A stretch of 22,388 bases of DNA from Candidatus Thorarchaeota archaeon (GTDB lineage Archaea > Asgardarchaeota > Thorarchaeia > Thorarchaeales > Thorarchaeaceae). Made by a program: the position numbers and the translations under genes. The stretch's first letter is position 1. Every line of letters starts with the position of its first letter. The DNA lies in the NCBI GenBank assembly GCA_048882045.1, contig JBHLRZ010000045.1, positions 1 through 22,388 on the forward strand. The letters run 5' to 3'. Below, in pieces: positions 17,986 through 22,388 of the stretch. The notes under the pieces are model-generated. The model saw only the letters and a program-made list of their open reading frames with translations, did no database searches and was not told the origin of the DNA.

Positions 17986-20900
17986 ATGAAAAAGGGAAAA
18001 AGCGAGAATCTTTCAGAGAGGAAAGACGTTGGGGAGATGGATTACGATTGGGTAGAAATAATCAAGCTTCACAAACAGGAGGCAGAGTCCAATCTGGAAA
18101 TGAAAAATATGGAAGAATCTGCTGTTGCATACAAGAAGCTTGGATATGCTTGTGCTCAGTTTGCAGAAACGGTTGATACTGCAGATGAAAATGTAGGCCA
18201 TACCAAAAATGCTGTTGATGCTTTCAGAAAAGCTGCGACACTCTATAAACAGACAGGCAAGAAGCCGGAGGAATTTGAATGCATTGGAGAAGCCTTCTTT
18301 TTCAATGGGTTAATAGCTGGGTCCAATATGGAAGGAAAGAAGGCGTTTAGCAAATCTTATGAGCAATTCATTAAATCAAGCGACCTCTTTACCAAGGAGA
18401 ATGATCAAGAGGGTCGAGCGCGGACTCTGAGTCGTGCTGCGTTGGCGTCATTCTATCTAGTTACTCAATATAGTGACAAACTAGAGATTGAACAGCTTAT
18501 TCAAGAAGGTATAACCATTGCAGGAGAATCTTGGAAACTTTCAAACAATGTTGGAAATGTTCAATCTCTTGCTGAATCATTATACGCTGAATTTTGGCTA
18601 TGTTGGGCGCATATGCTTGTTGCACCTTATAGATGGGATGAGAATTGGAAGGAATACAACAGGAAAATTCTATTGAGGTGTGATGAAAGTATAAAAGCTA
18701 CTGAGGATTGCGACAATCCTCTATTCATTAGTATGGTTCACCTTGCAGCTGGTACCCTATACTACTTCTTTGGATTTAATTTCATAAAGGATGAAAAAGA
18801 GCAGAGAGAATACACCGAGAAAGGATTTCAGTTAGGGGAGAAGGCTGTAGTCTTCGCAAAGAGAGCGAATAATAAAATTTTGATATTATCTTCACTATGG
18901 TGGTTGAACTGGAACGCCCTATCTACAGGAAGACACGAGTACCTCCAGAAACAAATATTCGAAGACATCTGGATTATGGAAGAGATTGGAAGAATATATG
19001 CAAACTCAAACAGCTTTTGGTTTCATTCCGGAAGAGGCATGCCCGCCTTCTGCTATGCAAACTTGGCTCGAATGAGTTTTTTCACAAGTACTCAAAGGAA
19101 ATCTTTTGCCGAGAAGGCAATTGAACATATCATGGAGGGTTTGAAGAAGTTTGCCTTCAGACCAGCAATTACCTGGCAATATCAGATGTTAACATGGGCA
19201 CATTCACTGCTATCTACTCTTGCTACTACAAAAGATGAGCGGAATCAACACGCACAGAAAATGCTTCAATATGCCAGACAGGGTGAAAAAATCGGGGAAG
19301 AATACGATGGTGGATGGGCTCGAGCCGCTGGGTACTCTTCCACCTATGGAGCCTACAAGACTCTTGCAGACATGGCACAAAACGAAAAAGAAAGAATCAA
19401 GCATCTATCAGCTGCAGTAGATGCTGCTACAAAGTATAATCAACATTCAGTGGAAAGCCGCACTGGCATCGTAGCAGCCCAAGTGCGGCTAGGGCTTCTC
19501 TTCGAAGAGCTTGGTAAATTAACGACGAATGTCAAACCGCTTAGAAAGGCAAAGGAGACATTTCTTGGAGTAATCAAGGAGAGTCGTGAGAGGAGATATC
19601 ATTTCTATGAAGCTGCTGGTCACGAATATACTGCACATATCGAAGATCGACTTGGCAACCATATTGCTTCAGCTGAACACTACGAAAAAGCTCAGGAGGC
19701 CCATACTAAGTCTTTGAAAACAATTGACTTCAAACCTTTGAAAGAGAGAGTTAAGGAGAAAATAGACTACGCTCGAGCATGGAACATGATTGAGAAGGCT
19801 AAGGCCCATCACAGGATGTCAGATTACCAAAAAGCCAAGGAAGATTATGAGAAAGCTTGTGAAATTTTGAAAGAACTACCAAGCTATGATTATGAAGCAT
19901 CCTACTTCGCAGCCTGGGGTCTGCAGGAAGAAGCTGAACAACTTAGTAAACAGGAAAATCATGAGCAGGCTTTGGAGAGATATGAAGCAACTAGGAGGAG
20001 CTTCGATAGCGCGATAAAATCACTAGAAGAAACCTCCACTTCTTTGGAAAACAGATGGGAAAGAGAAAGAATCGAGAAACTCAAGAAAGTTGCTAAGGTG
20101 AGAATGAACTACTGCTCCGGTAGAGCAAATATCGAAAGAGCACGAATACTAGGAAAGCAGGGTGACCACCTAGCAGCTGCAGAGAGATTTGCCTCAGCGG
20201 CTTCTGAGTTTAGCGACGTTCTCACTCAATTCAAAATCAAAGCGGAACGTAAGGAATTAGAAGCTGTATACAACCTCTGCAGAGCCTGGGAGAGCATGGA
20301 GCTTGCAGAGAACTATGATGACGCAGACAAATTCGCAGAAGCAGCAAGCCTATTCACCAAAGCCAGTAAGCTGTTCACTGATACCAAGCTGAAACTGCTA
20401 GCTACAGGCAACTCAGCCTTTTGTAAGGCTTTAGAACACGGGTGCAAATTTGATGAGTCAACTGAAACCGATGTCAAAGCACTACTTTATCCAAAGATCA
20501 AGACGATACTTAGAAAGGCAGCATCTGCCTATCGGAAAGGGGGTCACGATGGCGGAGCTGATTGGGCTCTGGCAACATCTAGCTATTTCGATGCGACATG
20601 GCACTTTATCAAAGCGGATGAGGAGCTGGATATTGACGAAAGGAAGAAATTCCTAAGAATCGCGACTAAATATCTGAAGTCAGCGGCTGAACTCTTCAGT
20701 AAATCGGGTTACAAGCACAAAGAGAGAGAGATTTTAGGTCGCCTAGAAATGGTAGAGAAGGAAGAGAGTATTCTAGTCTCCGCATTAGACATAATAATAG
20801 AACCATCTATCTCTAGAAGCACAGTAGGTATTGTCGCCCCTTCTTGTCCAACAGAAACCAGTCTCCCTCCAAGAATAGGTGAAGTTCGTCAGTTCACCGA

Positions 20901-21810
20901 AAGTGCAACAATGGTCAGAGATGAAGCCAGTCAGAGAAAATACGAACTCATCTACAAGAACCTACTCAAAGAACACTCAAACGTCCAGAGAACTGAGTAC
21001 AGAGTTGGCATCGCCCAGATAGGAGTTTCCAACACAAGCGACATTCTAAACGAATTCTATGAGATGAAGGCAGATGGCTTTCTAGGTCTTAGGCATGATA
21101 AAGTAGATGCAGTAAGATCCAAAGTCAAGAGCATGATAGAATTCGCTCAAAGAGAAGGAGTCAATATCCTACTCTTCCCGGAAATGACCATCGACCTCAA
21201 CTACAAGGAATTGCTTGAAGAAATAACTCATCAGGCTGAGATTTACGGAATGTACATAATACCAGGTTCGTACCATGATGATAATACAAAACAGAACCTC
21301 TGTGTGGTCGTAGGACCAGACGGAATCCTTTGGAATCAGGAGAAGCACATTCCAGCTACCATTCACTATAAAGGTGAAAGGTTCACTGAGAAAATAGGAA
21401 TTGGAGCACTCCCAAGGAGAACGTTCATTTGTGATACAGAGTTTGGGAGAATAGCAATTGTCATATGTCGAGACTTTCTGGACATGGACCTAAGGGTGGA
21501 GTTAAAGAACTTTGAACCTCCAGTGGATATAGTTTTCAACCCAGCATTCACACCAGTCACAGCAGACTTCAAAGCAGCACATTTTGATGCCCGTAGGTCT
21601 ATCTACGCCTATTGCTTCTTCGCCAATGTCGCTGAATTTGGAGATTCTCTCATTTACACACCTGAGAAAGAACGTGTCGAAAGGAGTCTGCCATCAAAGG
21701 AAGAGGGTCTAATCTACAAGGATGTACACCTTTTCCAACTTCGTTCAGAGCGTAGAAAATGGGAAAAGCAGCAGGAAAATCAAAGGTCGTTTATACAAAG
21801 CACAAGATGA
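17986..21810 (+). CDS. Large TPR/SNAP-like helical-repeat protein with C-terminal carbon-nitrogen hydrolase (nitrilase-family) domain
   Basis: About 950 aa of Ala-rich helical repeats (AAEHYEKA-, AKEDYEKA-, AAERFASA-type). C-terminal RVGIAQ...LLFPEM...IIPGS...QEKH...ICRDF...ANVAEFGDS with E-K-C triad. GGAGG SD at 17978. Confidence 0.88.
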   Translation: MKKGKSENLSERKDVGEMDYDWVEIIKLHKQEAESNLEMKNMEESAVAYKKLGYACAQFAETVDTADENVGHTKNAVDAFRKAATLYKQTGKKPEEFECIGEAFFFNGLIAGSNMEGKKAFSKSYEQFIKSSDLFTKENDQEGRARTLSRAALASFYLVTQYSDKLEIEQLIQEGITIAGESWKLSNNVGNVQSLAESLYAEFWLCWAHMLVAPYRWDENWKEYNRKILLRCDESIKATEDCDNPLFISMVHLAAGTLYYFFGFNFIKDEKEQREYTEKGFQLGEKAVVFAKRANNKILILSSLWWLNWNALSTGRHEYLQKQIFEDIWIMEEIGRIYANSNSFWFHSGRGMPAFCYANLARMSFFTSTQRKSFAEKAIEHIMEGLKKFAFRPAITWQYQMLTWAHSLLSTLATTKDERNQHAQKMLQYARQGEKIGEEYDGGWARAAGYSSTYGAYKTLADMAQNEKERIKHLSAAVDAATKYNQHSVESRTGIVAAQVRLGLLFEELGKLTTNVKPLRKAKETFLGVIKESRERRYHFYEAAGHEYTAHIEDRLGNHIASAEHYEKAQEAHTKSLKTIDFKPLKERVKEKIDYARAWNMIEKAKAHHRMSDYQKAKEDYEKACEILKELPSYDYEASYFAAWGLQEEAEQLSKQENHEQALERYEATRRSFDSAIKSLEETSTSLENRWERERIEKLKKVAKVRMNYCSGRANIERARILGKQGDHLAAAERFASAASEFSDVLTQFKIKAERKELEAVYNLCRAWESMELAENYDDADKFAEAASLFTKASKLFTDTKLKLLATGNSAFCKALEHGCKFDESTETDVKALLYPKIKTILRKAASAYRKGGHDGGADWALATSSYFDATWHFIKADEELDIDERKKFLRIATKYLKSAAELFSKSGYKHKEREILGRLEMVEKEESILVSALDIIIEPSISRSTVGIVAPSCPTETSLPPRIGEVRQFTESATMVRDEASQRKYELIYKNLLKEHSNVQRTEYRVGIAQIGVSNTSDILNEFYEMKADGFLGLRHDKVDAVRSKVKSMIEFAQREGVNILLFPEMTIDLNYKELLEEITHQAEIYGMYIIPGSYHDDNTKQNLCVVVGPDGILWNQEKHIPATIHYKGERFTEKIGIGALPRRTFICDTEFGRIAIVICRDFLDMDLRVELKNFEPPVDIVFNPAFTPVTADFKAAHFDARRSIYAYCFFANVAEFGDSLIYTPEKERVERSLPSKEEGLIYKDVHLFQLRSERRKWEKQQENQRSFIQSTR

Positions 21811-21840
21811 ATGATTTTTCACTCCATTTGTCAAGAGTAC

Positions 21841-21857
21841 ATACAACTTTTAGGAGA
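21841..21857 (+). promoter_or_regulatory. Putative promoter of sRNA 1
   Basis: ATACAACTTTTAGGAGA. TTTTA begins 29 nt before the predicted sRNA 5' end; identical 17-mer precedes sRNA 2. Confidence 0.6.
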
Positions 21858-21876
21858 AAGTCACTATTTTCTTCAC

Positions 21877-21952
21877 GTGGCATTTCTGTGAGGCGGTTAC
21901 CCCTGGCTGAGCTTCGGCGATGACGAGCCAAGAGCAAGCTGAGATCTGCCAC
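21877..21952 (+). ncRNA. Box C/D 2'-O-methylation guide sRNA (copy 1)
   Basis: Terminal stem GTGGCA/TGCCAC; box C GTGAGGC (21888); 12-nt guide GGTTACCCCTGG; D' CTGA (21907); GC-TTCG-GC hairpin; C' ATGACGA (21920); 12-nt guide GCCAAGAGCAAG; D CTGA (21939); T-rich tract after. Confidence 0.85.
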
Positions 21953-21968
21953 TCTTTCTTCTCAATCA

Positions 21969-21985
21969 ATACAACTTTTAGGAGA
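21969..21985 (+). promoter_or_regulatory. Putative promoter of sRNA 2
   Basis: ATACAACTTTTAGGAGA, identical to 21841-21857. TTTTA begins 28 nt before the predicted 5' end. Confidence 0.6.
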
Positions 21986-22003
21986 CACAGGAGATATTTT
22001 CCT

Positions 22004-22079
22004 GTGGCTAATCTGTGAAGCAGTTACCCCTGACTGAGCTCAAGCAATGAAGACACGGTGAGCAGCTGAGATTTGCCAC
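22004..22079 (+). ncRNA. Box C/D 2'-O-methylation guide sRNA (copy 2)
   Basis: Terminal stem GTGGCTAATC/GATTTGCCAC; box C GTGAAGC (22015); 12-nt guide AGTTACCCCTGA; D' CTGA (22034); GC-TCAA-GC hairpin; C' ATGAAGA (22047); 12-nt guide CACGGTGAGCAG; D CTGA (22066); T-tract after. Confidence 0.85.
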
Positions 22080-22161
22080 TCTATTTTTCGTTTCAACAGA
22101 AGTAGTAATGGCCAAGACCTTGTGGGAGGAGAGAGATAGGACACCCGGTCCTTTTGGAGGA

Positions 22162-22329
22162 CTAGACCTCGGACTTCAGAACGAGTTTGTTCTTCTCAAT
22201 CGAAATCCCGAATTCCTGCCCTTCGTCATCAAACAGGGATACATCCTCTTCCTTCATGAACACCTTCACGGTCTTCCGCAATTTCCTGGAAGGGATCTTT
22301 CCCATTGGGATGACATAGGTCTCGGCCAA
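22162..22329 (-). CDS. Small hypothetical protein, 55 aa (MAETYVIPMGKIPSRKLRKTVKVFMKEEDVSLFDDEGQEFGISIEKNKLVLKSEV)
   Basis: Translated by hand; below the apparent ~60-aa cutoff of the ORF track. TTG start with GGAG upstream, TAG stop, protein-like composition. Confidence 0.62.
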   Translation of the reverse strand: MAETYVIPMGKIPSRKLRKTVKVFMKEEDVSLFDDEGQEFGISIEKNKLVLKSEV

Positions 22330-22388
22330 TGTTTCTAACTCCGACGGATGCGGTAGTGGTGCGACAGTCTAAGAGGGATGCAAGACTT

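Noticed and set aside
144-21572. Remaining short ORFs nested in or antisense to the called genes
   Set aside because: Fully overlap well-supported genes and show no recognisable motifs.
21841-22088. Tandem repeat read as a CRISPR mini-array or tRNA genes
   Set aside because: Only two ~128-bp degenerate units with no repeat-spacer periodicity and no cas genes. No cloverleaf or T-loop consensus. The box C/D layout explains the conserved positions.
22108-22338. 76-aa + strand ORF
   Set aside because: No SD; antisense to the more protein-like 55-aa ORF at 22162-22329.

Overview
Archaeal DNA, most likely an Asgard archaeon and possibly Thorarchaeota. This is inferred from the eukaryote-signature proteins, the archaeal-type GluRS, AlaX and eS25, and Shine-Dalgarno (SD)-led operons. 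Housekeeping genes are a hydantoinase/oxoprolinase A+B pair, gltX, eS25 with a long Lys-rich tail, a GlmU-like enzyme, AlaX and an M20 peptidase. They surround a eukaryote-like trafficking cluster at 6654-12145: a large protein ending in an ESCRT-II Vps22/EAP30-like domain, transcribed divergently from a B-box-like zinc finger, a longin/uDENN + double winged-helix protein, a longin-Arf-like GTPase fusion and a coiled-coil/Pro-rich/SHOCT-like protein. Near the 3' end is a 1274-aa TPR/SNAP-repeat protein fused to a nitrilase-family domain with an intact E-K-C triad. It is followed by two tandem 76-nt box C/D guide sRNAs, each with its own promoter motif, that share one guide and differ in the other. 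A 55-aa ORF missing from the ORF track lies on the - strand at the end. All homology calls come from motif recognition by eye; no searches were run.
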